NCBI RefSeq assembly: GCF_006345805.1
Contig: NC_043002.1
Span: 41,230,001 to 41,294,000 of the forward strand
Direction: 5' to 3'
DNA length: 64,000 nucleotides
From: Octopus sinensis
Lineage: Eukaryota
The notes under the pieces are model-generated. The model saw only the letters and a program-made list of their open reading frames with translations, did not search any database and had not been told where the DNA came from. Positions 12,709 through 24,400 of this stretch are shown piece by piece; the stretch's first letter is position 1, and every line of letters begins with the position of its first letter. A program made the position numbers and the translations under genes.

Positions 12709-12984
12709 GTCTATATGATCTGGTTTGACCTGGGGCTAAACAACAACATTAAGAGCATCATGCCATGCCACATGAAGTCAAACATAGTTTATGATATAAC
12801 TACCATCTAATTTATGTGCTATAACTTAGCAGTTCGACAAATAGCATTTAATGAAATGTGTACTAGACTGAGATAAATACTTGGGTTGATATGGATTGCA
12901 CTACTTGAAAGTGAATCCATAGTCTAATAAAAGAATGCACAGAAACAAGTCAAAGATAAAAGTAATAGAAATATCAAAATGTAT

Positions 12985-13261
12985 GTATGTATGTATACAT
13001 ATATACATACATATATGTGTGCTTGTATATATATGTATATATATGTGTGTGTGAGTGAGTGAGTGTGCATGTGTGTGTGTGTGCATGTGTGTTTGTGTTC
13101 ATGTGTGTGTGTGTTTATGTGTGTATGCATGTGTGTGTATGTGTGAGTGTGTGTTTGTGCATGTGCATGTGTGTGTGTGCATATATGTGCATGTGTGTAT
13201 GTGTGTATGTGCATGTGTGTATGTGTATGTATGAGTGTGTGCACATGTGTGTGTTCACGTG

Positions 13262-13310
<49 letters not shown>

Positions 13311-13330
13311 TGTGTGTGTTTATGTGTGTG
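12985..13330. repeat. (TG)n-rich microsatellite
   Basis: Direct inspection. Confidence 0.95.
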
Positions 13331-13767
13331 TTTATACAGTCAGCTTACTTCAGCAACGTTGAGAGATATCATATTTTATCAGCTTATAAATGCCACACAC
13401 CATCATCATCTAAGAATATACTGTGAATATTATCAAGAGTGGAAAAATGAGCCTGGATGCAGGAATCTTATTCTCAGTTAAATCACCTTCTCTTTATTCC
13501 CTGCTTCGACACATGAATACAAATTTGCATCAAGTAATCTGTCTTCTGAAGACAAAGAGGCCCTGTCCAAGTTAACTTGCTCTCAACACGCTATTCAAAG
13601 ATGAAGCCTTTGACAGTGAATCAGCCAACAAACATTAAGATTAAGAGGTATTTTTCATACCATATTCTATGATATTGTGATATGCAGCATCCTAATAAAA
13701 GTTGTATCACATAATGTTCTATATGATATCGTATGAATTACATCACTGGAAATATTGACCTCTAACA

Positions 13768-14075
13768 TAAGTACAAGGCCTTAAACTTAGTAAATGAGTA
13801 CAGATAGTTTAATCAGTAATTTTCAAACTGACAAATGCCATCTTCATCCTACCCTGCCAAAATATTAGGGAGAAATGTCTGTATACCATGTCTGAATTCT
13901 TTATTAATGAGAAGAGAAGAAAGAGAGTACAAAAACTTAAGTACAAAGCCTTAAATCGAATGAGTACAGATAATTTGATCAGTAATTTTCAAACTGACAA
14001 ATGCTATCTTCATCCTACCCTGCCAAAATATTAGGGAGAAATGTCTGCATTCTGTGTCTATTTTCTTTAACAGTG
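13768..14075. repeat. Local tandem duplication, period about 170 bp
   Basis: ATCAGTAATTTTCAAACTGACAAATGC.ATCTTCATCCTACCCTGCCAAAATATTAGGGAGAAATGTCTG occurs at about 13813 and 13979. Confidence 0.9.
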
Positions 14076-14154
14076 AGAAGACAAAAAAAGGAGTTTGCAT
14101 TCATATTAGTCTTATTTATTCACCATGATGATAGGACAAGTTTAAAAATTTTAA

Positions 14155-14310
14155 ACCATGGATGTGTTGATGAGAAGCTTGTTTCCCAACCACATGGTTT
14201 AATGTTCAGTCCCACCATGTGGCACCTTGGACAAGTGTCTTCTAGTACAGGTGAGGGCCAGCCAAAACATTGTGGCTGTATTTGGTAGATTGAAACTGAA
14301 AGTTGCCTGT
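14155..14310 (+). mobile_element. SINE family A, 5' half
   Basis: GCTTGTTTCCCAACCACATGG...TTCAGTCCCAC...GGCACCTTGGACAAGTGTCTTCTA. Confidence 0.8.
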
Positions 14311-14316
14311 TGTGTT

Positions 14317-14922
14317 GAGACCGTAACTCGTGGTCTATGCCAGTGGTGTAATCAGCCCACTTAGGCATACCTTTCTTTCATTGGACACTAAACTCTGCTT
14401 GCAAAAACCTGTTGAGGGAAGGGAAATTGAAATCAAATTCGATGACAGCACCACATGACTGGCATCCATGCTAGTGGAACGCTAAGAGCACCATCCAAGT
14501 GTGATCGTTGCCAGGGCCGCCGACTGGCCCCCGTGCCAGTGACATGTAAAAAGCACCATTCGACCATGATCATTACCAGTATAGCCTTACTAGCACTTGT
14601 GCCAGTGGTACATGAAAAACAACATTCAAACGAGGGTGTTGCCAGTGCTGCTGGACTGGCTCCTGTGCTGGTGACATGTAAAAACACCAATTGAGTGTGG
14701 CCATTGCCAGTACCTCCTGACTGGCCCTCGTGCCAGTGGCATGTAAAAGCACCCACTACACTCTCAGAGTGGTTGGCGTCAGGAAGAGCATCCAGCTGTA
14801 GAAACTCTGCCAGATCAGATTGGAGCCTGGTGCAGCCATCTGGTTCACCAGTCCTCAGTCAAACCATCCAACCCATGCCAGCATGGAAAGTGGATGTTAA
14901 ACAATGATGATGATGATGATGA
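14317..14922 (+). mobile_element. RTE-LINE 3'UTR and tail
   Basis: About 5 AAAAGCACC repeat units, canonical tail, (GAT)n. Confidence 0.9.
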
Positions 14923-14985
14923 TGTATGTGCAGGTATGTGTGTGTATGTGTTTGCATGTGTGTGTGTATATGCATATGTGTGTAC

Positions 14986-15018
<33 letters not shown>

Positions 15019-15024
15019 TGTGTG

Positions 15025-15220
15025 TCCTGACATCACACGATGGTTGCAAATGAGCATCACCATCATACAAGCAATGTTCCTTTCCAGTTTCCCATAGATA
15101 AACATATCTGTCCATGGGTCCGATATTACTTTGCTTGGAAATGAGTGAGAGAAAGGGGACCCAGCAAGAGAAAATCTGCCTCAGCAAATTCCATCTGACC
15201 CATGTAAGTATGATGATGAT
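15025..15220 (+). mobile_element. RTE-tail-related short element (family G)
   Basis: AGAAAATCTGCCTCAGCAAATTCCATCTGACCCATG + (GAT)n; homologue at 17395-17600. Confidence 0.6.
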
Positions 15221-15436
15221 GGTTTCAAATTTTGGCACAAGGCCAGCATTTTTGTGGGAGGAGGAGGTAAGCTGATTACATCGACCCCAGTGTTCAACTG
15301 GTACTTATTTTATTGACCCCCCCCCCATATGCTGAAATGCAAAGTTAACCTTAGTTGACCCAGAATGTGAAGACAGACAAAATGCTAGCAAGCATTTAGC
15401 CCTGCATGATAATGATTCTGCCAGGTTGCTGCCTTA
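15221..15436 (-). mobile_element. SINE family B (tail variant b)
   Basis: GGTTTCAAATTTTGGCACAAGGCC tail, ATCGACCCCAGTGTTCAACTGGTAC body, GATTCTGCCAG..GCTGCCTT head. Confidence 0.85.
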
Positions 15437-15459
15437 ATAATATAATAATAATAATAATA

Positions 15460-15491
<32 letters not shown>

Positions 15492-15839
15492 GATAATAAT
15501 AATAGTAATAACTTACAATGCGATAACTACCTTATAACTTATAGAGTAATAAATTACTTACACTGTTGTTATACTCTCCATCATTTCTAAATCCCGTTAA
15601 AGATTGATTCAGTAAGATACAATAGCTTAAAATCAAATTACAAAGGTCTCTATGTGTCTTTAGTTGTCCTAACAAAGCACAAAACAATAAACACAGCAAG
15701 ATGTAAAGCAAACATTGATTAGATATCGCTCTTACCATCTGAGAGACTTGTGTCACCAGGACAATGAAATTAAATAACTTACAACTTTTCTCTTTTGATG
15801 TCCTTTTCTCAACATTGCTCAAGTAGGCTGAACGCACAC

Positions 15840-15900
15840 AAATACATATATATATATAAATGTGTATATGCATATATATGTATGTATGTGTGTATGTATG

Positions 15901-15967
<67 letters not shown>

Positions 15968-15996
15968 TGTATGTATATATATATAATAAATAATAA

Positions 15997-16062
<66 letters not shown>

Positions 16063-16084
16063 CATATATAATATATATATGCAG

Positions 16085-16117
<33 letters not shown>

Positions 16118-16168
16118 TGTGTATATCTGTCGATATCTATATAGATATGTGTGTGTGTGGTGTGTGCA

Positions 16169-16217
<49 letters not shown>

Positions 16218-16218
16218 C

Positions 16219-16249
<31 letters not shown>

Positions 16250-16266
16250 CATATATATATATGTAT

Positions 16267-16297
<31 letters not shown>

Positions 16298-16302
16298 TAT
16301 AT

Positions 16303-16337
<35 letters not shown>

Positions 16338-16411
16338 TATAATATATATAAATGTATATATATATGTATATATATATATATGTGTATGTATATATATATA
16401 TACACACAAAT

Positions 16412-16450
<39 letters not shown>
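15840..16450. repeat. (TA)n-dominated microsatellite
   Basis: Direct inspection; source of the poly-YI ORFs. Confidence 0.95.
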
Positions 16451-16451
<1 letters not shown>

Positions 16452-16776
16452 CTTGCATTCTATGTAGCACTGAAATGTCAGATGTTGGCATTAGCGACGA
16501 CAGTAAAATCACTGTGTATGTCTTAAAGTGCCATGAAAATGTGACAATAGCTGTTTGGTTGGTTTGCTGCAGTTGTTGTTTAGCCCAGGTCAAGCCTGAT
16601 TGAGAGCAGCTCTTTGATGAAGCGCATTCCAGCAGTGACCATCCTGTCTTTTTATAATCTTTAATTCATTATTTTTGTTTCTAATTTCAGTTATTGGACT
16701 ACCACTTTGGTCAAGCACTGCCTTCGGGTGTAAAGAGAATCATATTGACCCAAGGACTTGTTGGTACCAAATTTAT

Positions 16777-16818
<42 letters not shown>

Positions 16819-16941
16819 CTTATCAAAGCAACATAAAAGAACATAGCTCAAATATTTAAATAACAACAGCCATAAACAAAAGACATGAATACAGCAATGC
16901 ATTCAGACAGAGGCACTCTCTCTCTTTCTCACTTTCACTCT

Positions 16942-16973
<32 letters not shown>

Positions 16974-16991
16974 TATATAATATAATTATAT

Positions 16992-17027
<36 letters not shown>

Positions 17028-17043
17028 ACATTTATATATATAT

Positions 17044-17077
<34 letters not shown>

Positions 17078-17114
17078 ATATTATATTATATATATATATG
17101 TATATATGATGTAG

Positions 17115-17275
17115 GAGCAGGCTTGGCTGTGTGGTAAGAAGCTTGCTTCCCAATCACATGGTTCTGGTTTCAATTCTCCCTGTGTACCACCTTTGTCTTG
17201 TGCTATAGAACCAAATCAATCCTTTTGACTGGATTTAGTAGACAGAAACTTAATGAAGCCTGTTTTATGTGCATA
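17115..17275 (+). mobile_element. SINE family A, 5' half
   Basis: GGCTGTGTGGTAAGAAGCTTGCTTCCCAATCACATGG. Confidence 0.85.
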
Positions 17276-17394
17276 TATCTGTATGTGTGTGTGTTTGTAT
17301 GTGTATGTGTGTGTTCATATGTATGTGTGTGTCATGCTAGCATAGAAGGTGAACGTTAAACAATGATGATGATGATGATGTGTCTCTATCTCCT

Positions 17395-17600
17395 TGGCTT
17401 GACATCATGTTATAGTTGTATATAAACTTCAACATCATGAGAGAGGTGTCTTCATTCGAAATTTTCCATGGAAACATCTGGTTATAGGAAAATTTTACCT
17501 TACTTGACAACAGGATCAGCATCTTGCTGTAGAAAATCTGCCTCAACAAAATTCCATTCAACCATGTGAGCATGGAAAAGTGGATATAAAAATGATGATG
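17395..17600 (+). mobile_element. RTE-tail-related short element (family G)
   Basis: GTAGAAAATCTGCCTCAACAAAATTCC...CATGGAAAAGTGGAT...(GAT)n. Confidence 0.6.
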
Positions 17601-17625
17601 ACAATGATACATGCATATATAATAT

Positions 17626-17686
<61 letters not shown>

Positions 17687-17784
17687 CCGGAGTAAACACA
17701 TAAATGTGAAACAAGGTGGAAAAAAGAGTACTCAAATACCAGTGGTAGAGTAATATGCTTTATTTAAAGCAGCAGAAAATTCAA

Positions 17785-17834
17785 CAAAATCTGTTACTCT
17801 GAGTTTCTCGTTGCCGTTCATCAGACAGTTTTTG
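17785..17834 (-). ncRNA. Minimal type I hammerhead ribozyme (mirror copy)
   Basis: Exact reverse complement of 17847-17896. Confidence 0.8.
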
Positions 17835-17846
17835 CTAGAATTCTAG

Positions 17847-17896
17847 CAAAAACTGTCTGATGAACGGCAACGAGAAACTCAGAGTAACAGATTTTG
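17847..17896 (+). ncRNA. Minimal type I hammerhead ribozyme, core intact
   Basis: CAAAAACTGT-CTGATGA-ACG(GCAA)CGA-GAA-ACTC(A)GAGT-A-ACAGATTTTG: stem I 9/10 pairs, CUGAUGA and GAA intact, GUA cleavage triplet, near-loopless stem III; 10.1-11.1 is an A.A mismatch. Confidence 0.8.
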
Positions 17897-17923
17897 TTGA
17901 ATTTTCTGCTGCTTTAAATAAAG

Positions 17924-17949
<26 letters not shown>

Positions 17950-17954
<5 letters not shown>

Positions 17955-18235
17955 GGGTACCCAAAAGAAACTGGAATTTTGCAATATTATTTTCTTGCCT
18001 TAGTTTCACATGTTTACACTTTTATTGCCTTCATAGTATTCTCCGATTAAAGTAAAGCATTGGTCCAGCCATGTTTTCCACTGTTCGAATGAGTGCTGGA
18101 ATTCTTGCTAAGTGATGCTTTTTAACGCCTCTGTGGTTATTCACCTCTTCCACTTCTGCAAGTTTCATAGCACCAGCTTTTGTCGATAGTAATGACCTTC
18201 ATAAAAAGGTCCAGACCAACTGCCAACTATTCTTT
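17950..18235 (-). mobile_element. Internally deleted mariner fragment
   Basis: KVITIDKSWCYE (first-Asp motif region) joined to QEFQHSFEQWKTWLDQC...GEYYEG; TIR-like end TA-CAATGGGGTACCCAAAAGAAACTGGAATT. Confidence 0.75.
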
Positions 18236-19098
18236 CAGTTCACAACATACATTCAGTCATGACTGTTTTTGATATATATATATGCAGAGAGACAGATAGA
18301 GGAATAGATATGGGTGTGTGTGTGTGTGGTGTTGCCTGTGTCTTTGTGTCTGTGCTTGTCCTTGAAAGTAGCTTTTTTTTCAACCTAACTGTAACCTACA
18401 TCATCAAAACGAGAAAGTTTTTCCTGACAAATTCAGATATAATTTTAAGGTACTTGCAGAAAATTTCATTAAAAAATGCCCATTTTTCTGAAAGTATTGA
18501 AGAAACAAATCCTAACCACCACCCCCACCCCCACCACCCGCTCCAAAAAAGCTTTTCACAACAAATCTCAATATAATTGTAATCTACACTATCTGAAACA
18601 TATTTGAAGAAAATTTCTTTTAAAAAATCCCTTTTTCAGAAAGCTATGAGGAAACAAATTCAGAGAGAATTACTTTAGTTGAAAAAAATGAGAAAAATGT
18701 TTGTATTTGGTTCAATTGACATAAGTAAATCAAAACTACTTTTCTTATTCAGCTTTCTATTTTCTCTACAACACCTAACAAATATGAAAGGGGATTGGAA
18801 TTGACATAATGTGGCTGACATTGAATCAAACTTATAATTTTTGAGAATGTTTTTAGTGATATGTCTGTTAAAAAGAAGCATTGCAAAGATTTGGGCAATC
18901 TTTTTTATTTCCAGAGGAAATATTAAAATTGACGTTAAAAGGTACTATCTTGCAGTGTAAGATGAGTATGTCGTAGGGAATAAAAGTTATTTTTATGACT
19001 GAATCGTGAAGTCGAAGTCTTTAATAACAAAAGAATTCTAAAAACCACATTTTGATAATAAGAAATATATTAAGTGGGAATTTATAAGAATTTTCTAG

Positions 19099-19245
19099 GT
19101 AGTGCAGACTTTAATAATTGCTTCCTTTTAGTAAAAGTTACATATTTCATACTAATTCGTTTGTAGCTTCTAGACAGTGTAGACTTTAATAATTGCTTCC
19201 TTTTAGTAAAAGTTACACGATTCATGCTAATTCGTTTTGCAGCTT
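19099..19245. repeat. Tandem duplication, period about 74 bp
   Basis: AGACTTTAATAATTGCTTCCTTTTAGTAAAAGTTACA occurs twice. Confidence 0.9.
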
Positions 19246-19259
19246 TATAATAGATTATT

Positions 19260-19476
19260 TAGGTGGTGAGCTAGCAGAATCTTTAACATGTCGTATAAAA
19301 TATTTAGCTGCATTTTTTCAATTCTTTACGTTTTAAGTTCAAATCCCGCCGAGGCTAACTTAACCTTTCATCTTTTTAGATTCGATAAAATAATGTACCA
19401 TTCAAGTACCGGAGTCGATGTAATTGACGAAGCTTCTCCCTCTAAAATTTGTTGGTCTTGTGCCAATATTTGAAAC
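19260..19476 (+). mobile_element. SINE family B (tail variant b)
   Basis: AGGTGGTGAGCTAGCAGAATC head through TTGTGCCAATATTTGAAAC tail. Confidence 0.85.
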
Positions 19477-19848
19477 AACCACTATTATTATTAGAAGTAG
19501 TATAATATTGAATGAGTGATATAGTAAAAGATTAAGATTTCTTTTATTATGAAATTTTCTTTAAATTAATTAGACACTTTACAAGTATGAATCCATCAGA
19601 AGAAAAATTATGCACAGTACCAACAACGAGAATCGAATTACGCATCTGTTTTGTTGCAATCTGGACAACTGTGTTATTCATTATACCAATGTGCCCCCTG
19701 GACTTTTCATCAACTCAAATTAGCGCCTATAATGTGTCACTACACGAGCTATTAATCTATCTTGTTTCTCATACGAGAGAATCATAGTTATTTTGTTTTA
19801 CTTAACCTTAGGCTGAAGAATTATCATTCAATTTTTATTTTCATTATT

Positions 19849-20756
19849 TATTAGGTTGTGAGATAAATTTATTCACTTCTTTCCAATGTTATTTGAATTA
19901 ACACAAAAATATTTTTATCATAGTATTTCATGGCTTCTTGTAACTCTGTTCTTCCTTCTACAACTTTTGTTTATCGTTTTTGAAATTTGAATAAATTTTA
20001 TCTCTCTTCAGATATATGACAAAGAAGTGCCAAGTAGAAAAACAAGCATTTTCAATGCCTGCAACTCTTCACTTTTAGTCAAGTTTTCAAAGCTGCCAAA
20101 GTCACAGTGGCGTATACGGGGAATGCACTATCACTGAAAGAACTGCACAGAGTTGGTTTTCACGTTTCGAGGATCGGAAGTTCAACCTCACAGATTCTCT
20201 GCAATCCGGCCAACAGGTTCAGTTCAATGAAGATTGATTGAATGAGTTCGTCCAACGAGGATCCACATCAATCCATTAGGAAACGGGTCTAGCAAATGGG
20301 ATGCTCTCATGATAACGTTGCCCATTATCTTCACTTGATGGGCAATTCAGCTGAAACAATCCGACCAGCTACGTGACGTGCTTCTTCAACACGGCAACGC
20401 TCAACCTCACGTCACCAATTTGGCTGCAAATGCTATTCAAGAGCTCGGTTGCGAAGTTCTACCGCACCCACCGTATTCTCTTGCCTTCAGATGATCATCT
20501 TTTTCGATCGCTCTACAAGTTTTCAGGGCATTTCGTTCAACAACGACGTAGTAGAACTAAAATCGTGACTTGATGGTTTCTTCGAGTCAAAACCCAATGA
20601 TTTCTATTGACAAGGAATTGGCAAGCTCGTGGAACTTTGGCATGAAGTCGTGAACAATGAAGGAGAATATATTATTGACGGATTTGTTAAAATCATTAAA
20701 GAATAAAATAAATTGAAAAAAAAACAAATGAACGAATTCAACTGACAGTCCAGTAT
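19849..20756 (+). mobile_element. Internally deleted mariner (DD34D type) relic
   Basis: HTH region ITERTAQSWFSRF... joined to LLQHGNAQPHV...VLPHPPYS...FFESKP...EVVNNEGEYIID; left end TATTAGGTTG is mariner-TIR-like (ends uncertain). Confidence 0.8.
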
Positions 20757-20862
20757 AATCTTACATAATTTTCACTTATACTATTCTCCATATCATTATT
20801 TCTGAAGCAACTGCAACATATCAATTCTAGTAAGAGATGATGTTGTAAATAGTTAAGAGTGG

Positions 20863-21175
20863 AAGCACATAGCCTAGTGGTTAGAGCAGCGGACTGGCGG
20901 TCGAGGGATCGTGGGTTTGAATCTCAGACCGGGCGATGTGTGTGTTTATGAGTGAAACACTTAAGCTCCACGCGGCTCCGGCAGAAGGTAATGGCGAACT
21001 TCTGCTGACTCTTTCGCCACAACTTTCTCTCGCTCTTTCCTCCTGCATCTTGCAGCTCACCTGCGACGGACTGGCGTCCCGTCCAGGTGGGGAACCTATA
21101 CGCCAAGGAAACCGGGAAACTGGCCCTTATGAGCCAGGCGTGGCTCGGGAAGGAACAAACAATAACAAAAATAGT
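20863..21175 (+). mobile_element. tRNA-derived SINE family E
   Basis: AGCCTAGTGGTTAGAGC (A box), GGGTTTGAATCTC (B box); 3' part GCGACGGACTGGCGTCCCGTCCAG shared with family D. Confidence 0.85.
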
Positions 21176-21571
21176 TAAGAAGTTCGGTTACAAAATAATA
21201 TTTTAATTCAATTTGATTAGATATTTCCGAAGCACCAATCCAATACAGGAAAGATAGGTACAAAATTACTCGTGACATCGAAAACTACATCCATATCTTC
21301 ATCTAACCATCCATCTATCCATCCGTCCGTCTGTTCATCCATCCATCCATCCGTAAACACATACATACATACATACATACATACATACATACATACATAC
21401 ATACATACATACATACATACATACATACATACATACATACATACATACATACATACATACATACATACACACACACATACATACATATCCTTAACGAGAG
21501 CGACCGCATATTTGGAGTGGGAAAGAATTTATAGAGTACACGATGAATAATCTTTAAAATTAATGCTAAAA

Positions 21572-22860
21572 TACCAGGTTGAGTTTAAAGGTATTTCGTA
21601 TTTTAAGCCTTGATTAATAGTTGAAACAAATTACATACAAAAACTGTTTATTCATCAAAATATATCCCACATATTATATCACCTGTTGCAATCGTTGTGC
21701 CAGGAGCTTAATTCCACGCTTTAAGCGTTTGACTGGTTTAGAGGCAAAAAAAAAAAAAGAACCTCCCTGCAGTCGTTTTCAACCTCATTCACATTGTTGA
21801 TCAAGACATGAGCCATGGCTCGGGAAAGGTGGTAAACTGATGGTGTAAGATCTGGACTGTATGCAGAGTGAGGCAGCATTTCCAGCCCCTTAAGTTCTTC
21901 GAGATTGCGCTTGGTCATATTTATTGTGTACTGGAGCATTGTCCTGTTGCAGAAGCGCGCATTTTCGATTGATCAATGCCGGGTAGCGAGCTTACAAAGC
22001 ATCTCATACTCGCTGCATCTGTTGAGCATAATGGTTAGTGTTCACATCATGACCATCTGGGACAAGCTCAAATTTGCGACAACCTCTCAAAATCCCACCA
22101 AATACACAACATGACTTTCTGTTCTAGCTATCCTCGATTGACAACAGGTTCTGAAACCTAAGTGGAACGCAGCCATTGACTTTTCTTTTTTGAATTACGA
22201 AAATAGATCCATTTTTCATCCCCAGTTATAATTCAGTGCCAAAAATAAACATCTTGTGGATTAGCCAGCTGTTGTTTGCAAATGTTCACACATCATTGAA
22301 CCTAGCTATTGGTTAGTTCATGAAGAACTTCGCAAGGACGAATTTATGGATGTTTTGATTGATGGTGCTTTGTGAAGAACCAAGTTCTGCCGACAATGTG
22401 CGAGTGCTTTTGCTTGTGCGTTGTTCAACCATTTCAAACAAGGCCTCATTTTCCACAACAGAAAGTCTCCCTGACCTTGGCTTGTCTTCAAGGATGGTAT
22501 CACCATCCTTGAAACGTCTAAACTAGTTTCGTGTCACATGTTCGTTGAACAGTTCTTGGGCCTACCATATCATTAATTTCTTTTACTGCTGCTCTTGCAT
22601 TCAGCCCTTTTTTTTCCACAGGTAACGTAAAAAGGCTTTAAATGCAATTTTTTCATCACTCATTATCAAAACTGTAAAATAAAGATTGAATGATTGGACA
22701 AGTTGTATCAAACTAATGGTGTAACACGGAGAGACAAGTTGCAAGATCCATCAATGAAATCCAAAAATGAAAATAAAAAAAACGTCAGTCTTGTTAAATA
22801 ATTGGTTATTCTTCTGATCAAATTCACTAAATGACCTTTTATTCAAACTATTAAAATAAT
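21572..22860 (-). mobile_element. Near-full-length degenerate mariner
   Basis: FRRFKDGDTILEDKPRSGR (HTH), LLQQDNAP and MLPHSAYSPDLTPSVYHL, with stops and frameshifts. Confidence 0.9.
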
Positions 22861-23009
22861 AAATACGCCCTTTTTAAAGTCTAGCCAGCTCATGAGCCCG
22901 GTTTCCTGTTTTCCGTGGATTATGTGTTCCCCAGCTGGATGGGACGCCAGTCCATCACAGCGTTACTCATTTTTGCCAGCTGAGTGGACAGGAGCAACGT
23001 GAAATGAAG
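22861..23009 (-). mobile_element. SINE family D, 5'-truncated
   Basis: CORE-like TTGCTCCTGTCCACTCAGCTGGCAAAAATGAG plus GATGGACTGGCGTCCC tail; homologue at 59285-59523. Confidence 0.85.
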
Positions 23010-23586
23010 GAGTAGTGCAGGCTCGCCGGATCAACTACTACAAGACGGGCGCAGACGAGAGAGGAGGGTAGGTGAACCTCTTTTCATTTCCCATGCACGA
23101 CACAAACATTTGTCGAATGCAATGTAGAATTTGAAAAATGATGAGCGTAATTTTATTCCTGAAAATGTAAACACTACTCAAATAATACTGCACAGGTATT
23201 ACATGACTTCAACAAGGAACCAAGCACCCCCACTGTTCCTATGCATGCCTAACAATCAGATTGACCATTCTGCTGCTAATATATCATCTCGTAATCAGGC
23301 TGACTGTCAGTGAACTTTATAGTAACAGTGACAATATGAAATATATACGAGCCGAAAAGTGAGGAATAACTGGAGCGCATTTTCAAGGAAATCTTTCAAA
23401 AGATTATTTCATTTTGAAAACTCAAAGTAAATAAAAGACTGCTTTTATCAACATAATTTTTTTAAAAATCTAAATTGGTGCTTTTCAATCAATTTTTACC
23501 TGTGGATTCATTTGATGGCTATTTTACTCAGGTGGATCCTTCTAACCATTCAAGGTTTAAAAAACCATGTTAAATTTTTAGAATTA

Positions 23587-23895
23587 TGGCTTAGTGGTTA
23601 GTGTTAGGTTCACAATAATGAGGTGGTGAGTTTGATTCCTGGACCAGGCAGTGTGTTGTGTTCTTGAGCAAGAAACTTTATTTCACATTGCTCCAGTTCA
23701 CTCAGCTGTAAAAATGAGTTGCGACATCACTGGTGCCAAACTGAATTGACCTTTGCCTTTCCCTTGGATAACATCAGTGGTGTGGAGAAGGAAGACTGGT
23801 CTTCCATAAATAACCTTGCCCAGAATTGTACCTCAGAGGGGAACATTCTAGGTGCAATTCCATAGTCATTCATGATCGAAGGAGGTCTTTACTTA
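23587..23895 (+). mobile_element. tRNA/CORE-like SINE family F
   Basis: GGCTTAGTGGTTAG head, GTGTTCTTGAGCAAGAAACTTTATTTCACATTGCTCCAG..CACTCAGCTGTAAAAATGAG core, distinct tail. Confidence 0.8.
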
Positions 23896-24359
23896 CTAGA
23901 TATTAGAAGAAAATGTATTTAAAAAATTGTTAAAATATTTTGTTATCTATACTATTACTGCACTATTTACGTCTGTGTGTCAACAAACTTCACTGCGTCC
24001 ATTAGACCGATTTCAACCAAACTTGGTGTGAGGAACCGTGGGTACCGGGAGAGTGTCAACATCTATATGGGATTCATGAAAATTAACCGGTCTGGTTCCA
24101 GTCTTGTAAAATCCAACAAAATGAATTACCCCTCTCTCACTATTCAGTGACTCTCCAACTATTCCTCATGCTTACTACTTCTTTCTCTTATTGGGAGTTG
24201 TAATGGGAGGTGTGGTAATTGATAGAATTGCAGACAAGGTTACTTCTCATAACTCTATCTCTCCCTTCTACATATTTACTGCTTCTCTTAACTCACTCTC
24301 TCTTAACCAGTAGCACACTTTTCCATGTCTCCTTCAGTGTTACTTTGATGTTTCTCTCT

Positions 24360-24399
<40 letters not shown>

Positions 24400-24400
<1 letters not shown>

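Larger units (their letters stand above)
17687..17923. mobile_element. (TA)n-embedded element with a perfect 166-bp palindrome (17758-17923)
   Basis: 83-bp arms checked base by base as exact reverse complements around GAA|TTC, with no spacer. Confidence 0.9.

Noticed and set aside
19612-19695. tRNA-like relic on the minus strand (TGGTATAATG ... TAATTCGATTCTC)
   Set aside because: The boxes are degenerate, the cloverleaf does not close and there is no second copy in the window; too weak to call.
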